The position numbers and the translations under genes were made by a program. 64,000 nucleotides of DNA from assembly GCA_001600695.1 (NCBI GenBank), contig BCKQ01000004.1, positions 879,843 to 943,842 of the forward strand, in the 5' to 3' direction. The notes below the pieces were generated by a model. The model was not told the DNA's origin, made no database searches, and worked only from the letters and a program-made list of their open reading frames with translations. The first letter of the stretch is position 1; each line of letters opens with the position of its first letter. The DNA comes from Ascoidea asiatica JCM 7603 (lineage: Eukaryota > Fungi > Ascomycota). Shown piece by piece: positions 44,707-56,835 of this stretch.

Positions 44707-47700
44707 CTAATAAACAAAAACTAAAAATGAATTAATAATTTCTAATAATCCACTTATTAAAAAATTCCATACAAAAAAAAATAAAATTTTTGGACTAAAA
44801 ACCGTCCAAATAAATAAATGAAATCTTAAAATATAACAACTAATAATTAAAAAAAATCCAAAAATTGTATAAAATGTAAATATTATTATCCATCTTCTAT
44901 ACATTAATTGAAATTTTAATTGATTAAATTTTTTTTTATCTATAAGTAATTTTAATTGAAAAATTAATGGATTTTCAAATAATAAATTTAATCCAGTAAA
45001 ATTCCAATATATTGGACAAGCAAAATTTGAAATAAATGTTAAAATTCCTGTATAAAATAAATTAAAATCTTTTAATCCATTATATGCATTTGCTAAATCA
45101 ACTGTAGCTAAAGAATTTGTAAAACCTGAATAAAAAAAAGATAAATTTTGAATTAATAATATAAATATTGATATTGTTGAAACTAATTTGAAATGAGAAT
45201 TAATTGAATCAAATATATGATTTTCAGTTTCAGAAATATCTTTCTTTTTTGTATTATCATTATCATGGATGTTATCAATATTTAAACTTTCAGGATTGGA
45301 AATTTCATATTTTGAAAAATCTTCCATGATTTTACTAAAAATTAACCTTATAAAAAAAAATATTAAAAATAATGGAATATTTGTTTTTTTAGTTTGAAAT
45401 AATAAAAATGGAGTTAAAATTCCTAAAATATCATTAAAAAATAAATAATCACTATTATAATTTCCTTCTTTACCATTTTTTAATTTCATTGGATTAAAAA
45501 TTAAATATTGATTAAAAAAAATAAAACCAATTCTAATAAATAAATCAAAAATTAAAACTTGATAGAATAAAGTAGCTAATGGATTTAAACAATTTATTGG
45601 ATCATCAACATTTAAAGAATTCATAATTTGTTTGATAATAGTAATAAAAAATCCAGGAATATTTTTTGAATTATTTGAATAATCAAAAGTTAATTTATAT
45701 GAAAATGAAATTGAATATAATAAAAATGTTAACATAAAACTTAAGAAAGGATGAATTAAGGATAATCCTCCATATGAAATTAAGAACCAATTAGATATAT
45801 AAGTTAAGGATATTAAAAACCAATTAAAATAGGAATGATTAAAATTATTATTATCAAGCCAATAAGAAATATAATTATTATAAATAAAATTATATTTTTG
45901 TCCAGAATTATTCCAAGATTTAATCAATCTTAATAAAATAAATAAAAATACAATTAATAAAAGATTTATTTTTTTTTTACCCTTTATTAAAAAAAACTTT
46001 TTATTTTTAATTATAAATAAAGATGAAAATGTAATTATTGAAAACCACCAAATTTGATGTTCTTCTTCAATAAATGAAGAACCAAAAGTTGAAGATGCTA
46101 AAAGTAAAGTAAAAATTAAAAATGCTATTAAAGTTGAGATTTCATTTGAAAGTTTAAAATCAATTATTAATAAATAAATAATAATAAAACTTGATAATGA
46201 AATTAAAATAAAGGAATAATGAATAAAAGTGTAATTATAATTTGTTGAAGAATTGGATAATATTAATTGAGATTCATTTAAAAATTCATAAATATCACTT
46301 ATTAATTTTAAATTTTCAATTTTAGATAAATTTTTTAAACCATTATCATTGATTAAATTTATTAAATTTGAAATTGAATTATTATAAAGTAAATTCAAAA
46401 TTTTAAAATCATTTTTTGGTGAAAAATTTGAATTTTTTATAATTTTAAAATTATTATTAAATTTATTTTCAATTAAATTTTTAAATTGTAAGGAGTTTTG
46501 TAATAGTTTTGAATAAATTGAATTATAATTATTGTTTTCATTTTGAAATAAAGGTAAAAATTGATTGATTAATATACCTAAATTATTTTTTGGAATTGGA
46601 ATGTTTAAAAAAGCAGATAAAGTTGGAACTAAATCAATTTGATTGACTTTATTAAAATAATTAAAAGTATCATCACCTTGATATGGAATTGGAGCTAAAT
46701 TTAAATTTGAGGTTGAATTTAAATTTTTAAATTTTTTTGAAATAAATAATAAAGCTGGAGAAGTTTCACCATTTGAAGAAGCACCATGATTACCAATATT
46801 ATTCATACCATGATCACCAAGTACAATAAATAAAGTATTATTATTAATATTATTAAAAATTTTTTTAATAATATTATCCATTTCAATTTCTTTTTTTAAA
46901 ATTAAATTATTTTTTGGACCAAATTTATGACCAATATGATCTAAACCAAGATAATGTAAAATTGAAATTGTTTTAAAATTATTATTAATTGTTGAATTAT
47001 TATGATTATTTAAAATATCATTTAAATTATTTGTTATAATATTATCAACATGAGTATAATCGGAAACGAAAAAACTTGAAGTTGGTTTTGAATTATTTAA
47101 GTTAAAGAAATTTGGTAATAATTTTAACCAAGTATCATCACCATATAAATTAAATTGAGAAGATATATTATTTGAATTTAAATTTTGTTTTAATTGATAT
47201 AACCAATTATCATGATTACTTAAAGAACCAGATGAAGTTGAAGGGTTGCTATTATTATTATTATTAATGTCATTATCTTCTTCTTGAATATTTAAAATTG
47301 CATCAAGGAAATTTGGAGTTGAACCAGTTAAAATTGATTTTAATCTTGGTAAAGTTACAGTTGGAGGAGAAGAATATGAAGTAAAAGGTATAGCAAAATT
47401 TGAATTTATTAAAGAATGAGTATAAGACATTTTTGAATTATTTGAATAAATAAAATCAGATCTTAAAGCATCAATTACCATAAATATTAAATTATCAAAA
47501 ATTGGAATATCATTTTGATTATTTTGATTATTTTGATTATTTTGATTATTTTGGATATGTAAGTTATTTATAAATGGATAATCATTTGATAATTGATTAA
47601 AAGAACTAAAACCTGGTAAAGATATTTTTTCAGGAAAGAAACCTTTTGCGAATAGAAAAAATCCAGTGAATTGAATTAATATTTGAAATGTTAAACATAA

Positions 47701-47721
47701 TAATTTATATTTAAATTTCAT
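44707..47721 (-). CDS. GPI7: GPI ethanolamine phosphate transferase 2 (Gpi7/Las21)
   Basis: FAKGFFP, MVIDALRSDF, PPTVTLPRLK, LHYLGLDHIGH, GDHGMN, SSFIEEEHQIW, RFHLFIWTVFSPK. Confidence 0.93.
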   Translation of the reverse strand: MKFKYKLLCLTFQILIQFTGFFLFAKGFFPEKISLPGFSSFNQLSNDYPFINNLHIQNNQNNQNNQNNQNDIPIFDNLIFMVIDALRSDFIYSNNSKMSYTHSLINSNFAIPFTSYSSPPTVTLPRLKSILTGSTPNFLDAILNIQEEDNDINNNNNSNPSTSSGSLSNHDNWLYQLKQNLNSNNISSQFNLYGDDTWLKLLPNFFNLNNSKPTSSFFVSDYTHVDNIITNNLNDILNNHNNSTINNNFKTISILHYLGLDHIGHKFGPKNNLILKKEIEMDNIIKKIFNNINNNTLFIVLGDHGMNNIGNHGASSNGETSPALLFISKKFKNLNSTSNLNLAPIPYQGDDTFNYFNKVNQIDLVPTLSAFLNIPIPKNNLGILINQFLPLFQNENNNYNSIYSKLLQNSLQFKNLIENKFNNNFKIIKNSNFSPKNDFKILNLLYNNSISNLINLINDNGLKNLSKIENLKLISDIYEFLNESQLILSNSSTNYNYTFIHYSFILISLSSFIIIYLLIIDFKLSNEISTLIAFLIFTLLLASSTFGSSFIEEEHQIWWFSIITFSSLFIIKNKKFFLIKGKKKINLLLIVFLFILLRLIKSWNNSGQKYNFIYNNYISYWLDNNNFNHSYFNWFLISLTYISNWFLISYGGLSLIHPFLSFMLTFLLYSISFSYKLTFDYSNNSKNIPGFFITIIKQIMNSLNVDDPINCLNPLATLFYQVLIFDLFIRIGFIFFNQYLIFNPMKLKNGKEGNYNSDYLFFNDILGILTPFLLFQTKKTNIPLFLIFFFIRLIFSKIMEDFSKYEISNPESLNIDNIHDNDNTKKKDISETENHIFDSINSHFKLVSTISIFILLIQNLSFFYSGFTNSLATVDLANAYNGLKDFNLFYTGILTFISNFACPIYWNFTGLNLLFENPLIFQLKLLIDKKKFNQLKFQLMYRRWIIIFTFYTIFGFFLIISCYILRFHLFIWTVFSPKILFFFVWNFLISGLLEIINSFLVFVY

Positions 47722-50586
47722 TTTGAAATAATTTTATATAATATAAATATGGGGTAGTATATTTTTAAAGATTCTAAAGATGGAAATTATTCATAATTTT
47801 AATTTCAATTTTTAAACAAAAAGTCAATCTAATTTAAATGATCTTAATTGAAATTGTTTAATTTTAGTTTTGATTCAATTTAATTTAGTTTTCAATTTAG
47901 TTCAGTTGATAAATTATCTTTCAAAGAATATAGAAATAATGCAGGTTGTAGTTTGAACTTTGAAGTTTTAAAAACTAGATTTTAGTGACATGTTCCAATA
48001 CTTTTTAAAAAATATTGAAAGAGAATCCAAGAAAATGGTCTCATTTTCAATAAAACAGATTTGTCTGAAAGTTAAAAAAGCAGATTTCAATTTTCGTGTA
48101 GGAAAATTGCAAAAAAAGAAGATAGCGCCGAAGAAGAACAAACAAATTGAGGAAAAAAAAGAAATGAAAAGAGAAAAGAGGAAACTGGACTCTTTAAATA
48201 GTAAAACAGAAAAAAAAGAAGAAAAAGAGGAAAAAGAAGAAACAGAAGAAAAAGAAGAAGAAGACAAAGAAACAAGAAATTGGAATTGGCAGGAGTACAA
48301 CATACGGAAAGTTGTATAGCCATATACAATTACATAAGCAATCGTGACCTATTATACAAAAGAGCCACAAATATGGATTCATTATTACAGAATTATACAA
48401 AACAACCAGCCGCATGGGTTTATTAACATAATTTCCCAATATGGGAAAATTAGCAAAAAAACGGTGGAATCTTGCAAGGTACCTGCCCCACCTGGTTTAT
48501 TAATAACATTTCCTCATTTGGATTTTTGTTTAAGGGATGACAGAATAACTAAAGTACAATTTGCCACCACTAGCCTTAAATAGGCTTTTTTTAAATGCTG
48601 AAGTCTGTCAGGTTAAGAGTGAATCGGTCAATTCCACGGCTATACGCAGGGCCCATTTTTTTGAGATCAGCGATTGACCCATGTTTGGTAGTTACAAGAC
48701 ACTGTCCCTTTATTTTGGTCTTTGAAAGCAAAAGCCAGTCACCTGACCATAGCTAGTTTTTTTTGCTCCTTCCAAGAGAGAATCGCAGTCCCAGTTAGGA
48801 AATATGCATAATATACTGTAGTCTGCGTCAAATTCTCTTTGTCGCCATGGTGAAACACAAGTTAACGCTGAGCATAGCCAGGGCTACGGGATCCAGTGAC
48901 CAATAGAGCCTCGTTCCAAATATATTTACGCCTCAACTTACACTGACCCACGCGTGACTGCGTTTTTAGACTTTTACCCGTGCTTAGCGAGTGTTCACTG
49001 CGTGTTCACAGCTTCCAGCGGTTATTTTGTGTGGATTCTGGTTTCAGACGCAGCCAAAGTGTGTCTTTTGATCTTTTGGGCTAATTTGCCCATTTCTGGG
49101 TTAATTGCACTTTTGGCTACTAATATTACTATTAACAATATTAACACTGGAGCTGACTTCACGTTTCTTCACTACATAAACAGGTATTTTTAATAAACCT
49201 TCTTGAAAAAACATTTAATTTAACTCAGTTGATTGAAAATAACTAATTTAGTTAAATCAATTTTTATTTAAATAACTTATTCAAAATATGCTAAAAACTA
49301 TTATTATCCTAATAAATAAATAAAGAAACAAATAAATAGATAAAGAAATATCATTTATTGCAACTTAATAAAACAGAATCCTAGAATAAATATAAAATCT
49401 AAACTTTCTCATAACTTATTTTTTCACCTTTAATTAAATCTCAAATGAATCTCAATTGATTCATTTAAATATTCACTTTAATTATTAAATCTACAAATAT
49501 TCGTTCCTTACATCAATTCATAAATTCATCATCAATAATTATTATTAGCTTTTTATTTACCAATTATTTATCTATTTATTTATTTATTTAACTTCTTCAT
49601 TAGGATTTTTTAATTATCTAAATCATATATTTTATTTTTAAAATTTTCTTCTATTACATTTTTTTAATTCACTTATTAATCTTAAAACAGTTCCTGCTTT
49701 CTCTTCTTTAATCATTTCATATTAAGAATTAATTTCAATTCAAAATACCCAAAATTTGATTAAATTGGTAATATATTTTATTTTTCATTCAAGAGAATAA
49801 TATTTCTTTTCTTATTCTATTTTCAATAATTTTGCTAACTTTTTAATATCTATTCAAATCAATTATTTTTGTTCATATCTATTTTTATTACAGCTTATTT
49901 CAATTTATCAATTCCAAATAATCAAGCTTATTAAATAATTATCATCTATCAATTTAAATCAATTATTTTAATTATCATTTATATTATATTAAATATAATC
50001 ATCAACTATATTAATCAAATCAACTAAATCTTTTAAATCATTTACATATCTTATAATATCCATTATATCTTAATCCAATTGTTCAAATCCATTAATTAAA
50101 TTTAATTCAATTCAATTTAATTTAATTTAACTTAACTTAACTTCCTAATTATCATATTCATTCGTTTATTATTTACTTATATAGAGGCTTATTAATATTT
50201 ACTTACGTATTATTATTATTACTCACCTATTCTAAATTATATATTTTATAAACTTATATCTTATATCTTATAACTTTTATATCTTATATTCTATTTCATA
50301 ATATATTTATCCTTTTTTATCAACTAAGTTATTTATTCACTGATTCAATTTATCAATCAATCAATAAATCAACTATTCATTCATTCATTCACTCGCTTAT
50401 TCATTCATTTACAAATTCCATCATTTAATCAATTATTAATTTAATTAATTATAATACCTTTTTAACACAAAATCAATTTGCAAAAAGAATTTAGAAAATA
50501 AATAAAATAGGAAAAGAAAAAGAAACAAAAAAAAAAAAAAAAATTAAAAGAGATTCAATTATTTAATTATTTCAATTTTCTTAAAA

Positions 50587-53500
50587 ATGTTTAAATTAAA
50601 TAAAAAATCTCTTACTTTAATCTTATTCGCTCTTTTATCAACTACAAATGCTGTATTTCAAGATTCTCAGGATCTTCAATATCAAGATCAAAATGATAAT
50701 ACTATAAATAATGATAACAATAATAATAATAATAATAATAACAATAATGATAATGATCAAAATATTATACTAAATGAATTATTTAAAAGATCAAATCAAT
50801 ATAAAGATCATGGCTTTATTTTTAAAAGAGATGATTCAAATTATTTCAATTTAACTTCTACTCAAAATAAAGATGTTTCTGAAGATTCTTTAACTTCATT
50901 ATCTTCATCTACTTCTTCAGATCTAGATTCTTCTTCTTATTCTTCTATAAAAACTACTGAAACATTAACAGGAACTTCATCTGCTGATTCATCATCTTCT
51001 TCTACTTTTGATTCTTCTTCAATATCCGAAGATTATGATGATGATGATGTTTCTTCAACTGTAGGAGTAACTTATGAAGTTACCTCTAATAGTGGGTATT
51101 TTCCTTCTTTACGTTTAATTTCTTCAACTTATTTTCCTACAACTACCACTTCCTCAAGTTCTTCTTCTTCTACAGATTCAATATCTGCTACTGAAACTGA
51201 AACTTCTTCAACAGTATCATCAACAGAATCTTCATCAGAAATTACAGAAACTGAAACTGCAACTTCCTCTACTTCATCCACTTCCTCCACTTCTACAACC
51301 CATACTGAAACATCAACAAGTCAAACAGAAACTTCAGTAGATTCAACAGAAACATCAACTGACTCTTCATATTCAGCAGAAACTACAACTCAATCTACAG
51401 AAACAGAAACAGAAACTGGAACCTCAACTTCTTCAACATCATCTACTTCTACAACTCATACCACAACTTCAACATCAACATCTGCAACCTCAGATGAAGA
51501 GGAAGATGAAGATGATCTCTCAACAATTGTTTCTGTTCAATCTTCTTCAAGTGGTGATTACGTTGGAATATTTACTCATGGTGTAAGTTATAGTGATTAT
51601 TCAGCTTATTCAACATCTTCAACTTCTCAATTATCTTCCACAACTCCAATTCCGTCACAAACATCAGCTACCACTGATTCAACTGCAACATCCCAGTCTA
51701 CTGAATCTACCGAATCTACCGAATCTACCGAATCTACTGAATCAAGTATTTCAACTGAATCAGCTGTAGCAACTGAATCCTCATATACCGAAGTTTCTTC
51801 GGCTATTTCAAGTACCGATTCTATCAATTATTCTGATTCAACTGATGAATCTTCAGCACTAACTTCTTCTATAGTTTTAAGCTCCGATTCAACCTCATTA
51901 TCTACTACTTCAGAAACAAGTGAAGCTTCAACTACTGAATTGGTTTCTGGCAGTTCTCAATTTGCTTCATCTACTCTTGCAAGTGTTGTATCTGGTACAA
52001 CTAGTGATATAACAGATTCAAGTGTTGCATCTGATTCCACAGTTGGTTTAACTGATTCAAGTGCTTCTGAGACTACAACTGATTCTTCAACAATTACCGG
52101 ATCTTCTGATATACTTTTCGCTTCTACAACAGGAACTAGTTCAACAGGTTCTGATTCAATCATTGAAAGTTCTACAGTATCAGAGGATATTTTGTCAGAT
52201 GTTTCATCAACTGTTTCTGTTTCTGGTTCAATTATTGAAAGCTCTACAGAATTAGCAGATGTTTCATCCACTCTTACTGCTTCTGGTTCAGTCCTTGAAA
52301 GCTCTACAGTATCGGAAAATATTTTATCAGATATATCTTCAACTATTACTGGTTCTTCAGGTATCTTTTTCACTTCTGCAATTGAAACAGACTCTTTAGA
52401 AACTGAAAGTGAAACAGACTTAAGTGTATCGGATATTTTATTAGGCTCTAGTGCTGTATTAACTGCTGATTCAAGTTTACTTTTGGCTTCTAGTGTAACT
52501 GCAACACCAACATTATATGCCTCATCAGCTTTAATTTCTTCTCAAGCTTCCATCATCGATCAAGACTCTTCGAACCTTTTATCTGATACTACCTCTCAAA
52601 TTTTTGGAGAAAGTTCTACTTTTTCTGCTTCTGATGCTTCCGAAGAAACATCTGAAATTCTCGCTTCTTCTCAACCATTGTATGCTTCCTCTAACGCAAT
52701 TTTACCTTCTGAAACAGTATTATCGTCTGATTTGGTAAGTGAAACATCCTTACCATATGCTTCTTCTCAACCTATTATCCAAACCTTAGCATCTTCTCAA
52801 CCTATTCTTGCTATCTCATCGCAGGCTGTTTCTCAGACATTAGCTTCCGATATTATTTCTGAATCTGTTTCTGAGATCTTACCAACCGATACTTCTGCTG
52901 TTCCAGTAACTATGGCTTCTTCACAACCTATTATACCTATTTCTTCTCAAATAGTTTCCCAGGTACTACCTACTGATGTTTCTTCTCAAGTGATTTCCCA
53001 GGTATTACCCACCGATGTCTCTTCTCAAATAGTTTCCCAAGTATTACCTACTGATGTTTCTTCTCAAATAGTTTCTCAGGTACTACCCACTGTTGTCTCT
53101 TCTCAAGCCCTTTCGGAAGCATTACCTACTGATGTTTCTTCTGAAGTAATCATGCCTACTTCTTCAACTCCATTAGTTGCAGCTTCATCTCAATTCACTG
53201 CTCAAACTCTTTTAACTGCTGTATCTTCGCAACCAACTATTGTAGCTTCTTCTCAAGTAATGACAACAACTGCATCAGAACTCTCTTCACAACAAGTACA
53301 GGAAGTATCTGATATCGCTATTTCATCTCAACAAGCATCTCAAACTGTTTCAGTAAGTGCTTCAGATGTAGTCGAAGCTACATCTTCCTTTTCTCACCAA
53401 CATACATCTGCTACTACTTTTGCTCCTTTATTTGATTCAACCTTATCGTCTGATTCAATCACTAGTTTATCTTCTGCCTCAACTGGTTATGTTGATTCTA

Positions 53501-54825
53501 CAACAATTGTTGCTCCTTCAGTACAAGAAGAAAGCAGTTCTAGTGAATCACTTTCTGGCTTTGTCATTGTAACATCCAACTCTCAAGGATCTCTATCTCT
53601 AACTACAGTCAGTATTATCCCTTCAACATCAACACCAGAAACATATCAAACAGGTGTATCTAGTGGAGAGATTACTGAAACAGGTCTGGTATCAGAAGGT
53701 AGTTCAGCATCAGAAAATTGGTTACCAAGCAGTTTAATCACAGCTTCGTCAGATACTGCCTCTACTACAACAGCAGTAGAAACATCTTCATTACCGCAAA
53801 TCATTGCACCAGCTGATGATGTAGTTAAGCCTGATAATTACTCTTTAATCACTATTGGATTCAAAGAAGGATTGAATTATCCATTTGTGGTTGAAAGTTC
53901 AGTAAGTTCTGCTCAAATATTCGAATACTTGCCTGGTGTTTTGTCCTTCCCATTTGAAAATGTTAATGAAAGTGCAGTTGTAGTTAAATCATTAGTTCCT
54001 TTCAGTTCTGAACAGGTTGATTATATAATTACCGTTGCTGAAGTTTATTTCCCGGATGCAGCAATTGCCACTTTACAAAATATAATTATTGAAAGTAATT
54101 CAATATTTTATTATAATGATGATCCAACAGAATATTCATTATCTCATTTAGTGGATCCCACAATTCCTCTCACAGGATTAGTCAGTGATTCAACAAATAC
54201 AACAACTAGCACTAGTGATAGCTCTTCTTCAGATGATAATGATTCTGGTTCAATGGACTCTACTTCAAGTTCAGGTAGTGGCCAAAGTTCTTCGAAAGTA
54301 GCAGGAATTGCAATTGGATCTGTAGTTGGCTGTGCTGCTTACATATCAATAGTTATTATTGTATTTAGAATGTATAAAGCTAAAAAGAATGGCTCAGGAT
54401 TAATAACTTCCAATGTTGTTGGAAATGGTAATAATGGAAATATTGTTTTACCTATTACTGCTGGAACTGATGATTCTTCTGCAAATTCCTTAAGAGTTGA
54501 TAATATGATGAACAATCCTAATAATCCTAATATGAATATGAATATGGGAATGGGAATGGGGATGTCTAATCAAAATAATCTAACGGCAGTTCAATCATAT
54601 CAATCTTATAATTCCTATCAATCATTTGTGCCAAATTCTCCAACTTACAGTTATACCAATGCATCAAGCATGCAACAATCATCAACATACAATGGTATGA
54701 ATACTAATGGCTCAAGAATTAATAGCAGATTGAATACTGTTCCAGAGATGGAGCAAGTTAGTGGATCAATTATACCCAAAATTTCAAAACCAATTAATAG
54801 TCAAAATTCTTTAGGATGGACTTGA
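50587..54825 (+). CDS. MSB2: signalling mucin Msb2 (Msb2/Hkr1 family)
   Basis: Signal peptide, long S/T-rich region, HMH domain (LITIGFKEGLNYPFVV..SSAQIFEYLP), single TM helix, C-terminal ISKPINSQNSLGW. Confidence 0.9.
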   Translation: MFKLNKKSLTLILFALLSTTNAVFQDSQDLQYQDQNDNTINNDNNNNNNNNNNNDNDQNIILNELFKRSNQYKDHGFIFKRDDSNYFNLTSTQNKDVSEDSLTSLSSSTSSDLDSSSYSSIKTTETLTGTSSADSSSSSTFDSSSISEDYDDDDVSSTVGVTYEVTSNSGYFPSLRLISSTYFPTTTTSSSSSSSTDSISATETETSSTVSSTESSSEITETETATSSTSSTSSTSTTHTETSTSQTETSVDSTETSTDSSYSAETTTQSTETETETGTSTSSTSSTSTTHTTTSTSTSATSDEEEDEDDLSTIVSVQSSSSGDYVGIFTHGVSYSDYSAYSTSSTSQLSSTTPIPSQTSATTDSTATSQSTESTESTESTESTESSISTESAVATESSYTEVSSAISSTDSINYSDSTDESSALTSSIVLSSDSTSLSTTSETSEASTTELVSGSSQFASSTLASVVSGTTSDITDSSVASDSTVGLTDSSASETTTDSSTITGSSDILFASTTGTSSTGSDSIIESSTVSEDILSDVSSTVSVSGSIIESSTELADVSSTLTASGSVLESSTVSENILSDISSTITGSSGIFFTSAIETDSLETESETDLSVSDILLGSSAVLTADSSLLLASSVTATPTLYASSALISSQASIIDQDSSNLLSDTTSQIFGESSTFSASDASEETSEILASSQPLYASSNAILPSETVLSSDLVSETSLPYASSQPIIQTLASSQPILAISSQAVSQTLASDIISESVSEILPTDTSAVPVTMASSQPIIPISSQIVSQVLPTDVSSQVISQVLPTDVSSQIVSQVLPTDVSSQIVSQVLPTVVSSQALSEALPTDVSSEVIMPTSSTPLVAASSQFTAQTLLTAVSSQPTIVASSQVMTTTASELSSQQVQEVSDIAISSQQASQTVSVSASDVVEATSSFSHQHTSATTFAPLFDSTLSSDSITSLSSASTGYVDSTTIVAPSVQEESSSSESLSGFVIVTSNSQGSLSLTTVSIIPSTSTPETYQTGVSSGEITETGLVSEGSSASENWLPSSLITASSDTASTTTAVETSSLPQIIAPADDVVKPDNYSLITIGFKEGLNYPFVVESSVSSAQIFEYLPGVLSFPFENVNESAVVVKSLVPFSSEQVDYIITVAEVYFPDAAIATLQNIIIESNSIFYYNDDPTEYSLSHLVDPTIPLTGLVSDSTNTTTSTSDSSSSDDNDSGSMDSTSSSGSGQSSSKVAGIAIGSVVGCAAYISIVIIVFRMYKAKKNGSGLITSNVVGNGNNGNIVLPITAGTDDSSANSLRVDNMMNNPNNPNMNMNMGMGMGMSNQNNLTAVQSYQSYNSYQSFVPNSPTYSYTNASSMQQSSTYNGMNTNGSRINSRLNTVPEMEQVSGSIIPKISKPINSQNSLGWT
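52940..53145 (+). repeat. 39-bp coding tandem repeat (SSQIVSQVLPTDV, about 5 units) in MSB2
   Basis: Visible in both protein and DNA. Confidence 0.85.
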
Positions 54826-55833
54826 GGAACGATAATTTACTGTTATTTTTTTGTTTTATTTTCAGTTGGTATGTGAAATGTCTTTAAACTTATTGAAAAA
54901 AAAAAATGTGAGAAAACCAAGAACACTTGTTTAATATTTAAATTTAGTTAAATCTACTTAAGTTGATCAATTTTCGTTATTTATTTAATTTTTTATTTAT
55001 TGATTTTTTTTTACTTAAATTTTGTTATATGTTTTTTTTCCAATAAGTTTTCTTTCAAGCGAACTTTAAGAAGTATTATTTTTGAATTTTTATATAATTT
55101 TTTATATATAGTTTAAAAATAATTTTTATTTGATTTTATTTATTTTGCTGAAAAACTTGTTATTTTCTCTTTTTATCTTTTATTTGCTTGTTTATTTATT
55201 TATTTACTTATTTGTTTTTTTCTGATTCTCTTTTTTTGAACATTTTAAAACTTTTTTTTATCTTTTTCATATTTTTTATTCTTTCTTCTTTTTTTTTTAT
55301 TCTCTTCATATTTGTTGATATCCAAAATCAGTGTTAATGTATATTACTGCTTAAAATAAGATATTTTTCATTATTTATATATTTTATTTTTTCAAGCCTA
55401 TTTTTAAAGTTATTTTTATTTTTATTTGAGTGTTGATTTAAGTTAATTATTTATCTCTATATACATACAGTATATACAGTAAAATTATATATTTACAAAT
55501 TAGCCGTATTGTTTCTTATTCGTTTCTCTATTAGTATCAATTCGATATTATTTCTTTCTAATTGAATTTTCTTTATTTTTTTTTTCAAATGAAACAAACT
55601 CATGTTCAATAGTTACAAGTAATTTTATCTGAAATCAAAAGTTTGAACCAGGTTCTACAGAATAGTCTCTTGAAAATATTTGTTGAAAGGAAAAAAAAGT
55701 ATAGATTTTGAAAGAGGTTTTATATTTAGATAGCTATTCTCTAAAAAAAAAAAGCTTCATTAATTGAAAAACTGTATATTATTATCTCGTATTGCAGATT
55801 ACCAGTTGTTTCAAAAAATAAAGAATTGAAGAA

Positions 55834-56490
55834 CTAACAAGAATTATACTCAGATTGTTTATTTGCCATTTCTGTATGATAATCAATATCCTGTGCATCC
55901 CAAGGATATGCAATCCAAATATCAGGAACAACTTTTCCAACATAATAATCAGATTTTAAAAATTCTTCAGGCAATTCGGCTTTCTTTTTTTTATCTTTAT
56001 TATGTATAACAAAAGTTGAAAAAATAGTTTTTTCATTCAATTTTAGCAATTCAGAATTTTCTGAACTGTTAGCCAAATCATCTAAATCTTTTTTCAATTC
56101 TTTGTAAGCATAATGTAAGGTTGTTCTGGTATCGTCAACCTCATCAACAATTAAAATTTTTTTACCAATCAAAGAATGAAAGTTTTTTTCTAAATTGCTG
56201 AAGTCTAACCATTGAGTTCTAATCACTTCTTTACCTATTTTATCTTCAAAACCAGAACCTAAAGATTCATATAAACTTAAACCAATTGCTTGAATAGGAA
56301 TGTTTTTTTCACCGGGCTCTTTTAAAAATGATCTTAAAATTCTTGCAGGTATAAATCCACCACCACCAATAGCAACAATAACATTTGGCACATTATTAGC
56401 TGCTTTTAACTCTTTAGCAGCCTTTTGGCACATCTTATGAATATCATTATAAGATATATGAAGTTTATTGGGGATTGGAAGTGCTGTCAT
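55834..56490 (-). CDS. HPT1: hypoxanthine/xanthine-guanine phosphoribosyltransferase (Hpt1/Xpt1)
   Basis: KLHISYNDIH, AIGGGGFIPARILRSFLK, LIVDEVDDTRTTLHYA, WIAYPW; ATG at 56490. Confidence 0.93.
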   Translation of the reverse strand: MTALPIPNKLHISYNDIHKMCQKAAKELKAANNVPNVIVAIGGGGFIPARILRSFLKEPGEKNIPIQAIGLSLYESLGSGFEDKIGKEVIRTQWLDFSNLEKNFHSLIGKKILIVDEVDDTRTTLHYAYKELKKDLDDLANSSENSELLKLNEKTIFSTFVIHNKDKKKKAELPEEFLKSDYYVGKVVPDIWIAYPWDAQDIDYHTEMANKQSEYNSC

Positions 56491-56679
56491 TATGAGAAAT
56501 TTTAATGGATGATTTAGAGTTGACGTCCAAAAGAGCAAACAAACAAATGAGAAGTAACCAACCCAATTAAAACACAAAAAGAGAAAAGAAAAATAACAAA
56601 GAGAAAAGTGCTTTATTTTATACAAAAGAAAGGTAACCTTTTATGAAATCGTTGACGTTAACATTGTGCAAACCACCAT

Positions 56680-56835
56680 AACCTCATCACCTCATCAAAA
56701 GAAAACTTTGCTAACTCCTCGGACTTCTTTAGCCTCATCCAATCTCATTTCAGGCTCAGTCAAAGCTCAAAAGAAAAAAAAAAAAAAAATGACGAAAATA
56801 AAATTTTTTACTGAAATTTAAAAAAAAAAAATTTG
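56680..56835. promoter_or_regulatory. divergent promoter with PAC-like (GATGAG, minus strand, three copies) and RRPE-like (AAAATTTTT, TGAAATTT) motifs
   Basis: CTCATC near 56683, 56691 and 56734; A/T tracts at 56799-56833; typical of ribosome-biogenesis regulon genes. Confidence 0.5.

Noticed and set aside
47968-48583. Cluster of 79-111 aa ORFs between GPI7 and MSB2
   Set aside because: Purine/pyrimidine-skewed repeats and promoter DNA; translations are poly-K/E or poly-F/S
48620-48680. GGTCAAT/ATTGACC inverted pair with a U-rich Sm-like site, possible ncRNA
   Set aside because: Only a 7-bp stem; no snRNA, snoRNA or other known RNA motif recognised
3839-54825. Functional clustering (SMP3 with GPI7, STE5 with MSB2, MSH6 with RAD24, two complex I subunits)
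   Set aside because: Pairs are tens of kb apart and interspersed with unrelated genes; compatible with chance
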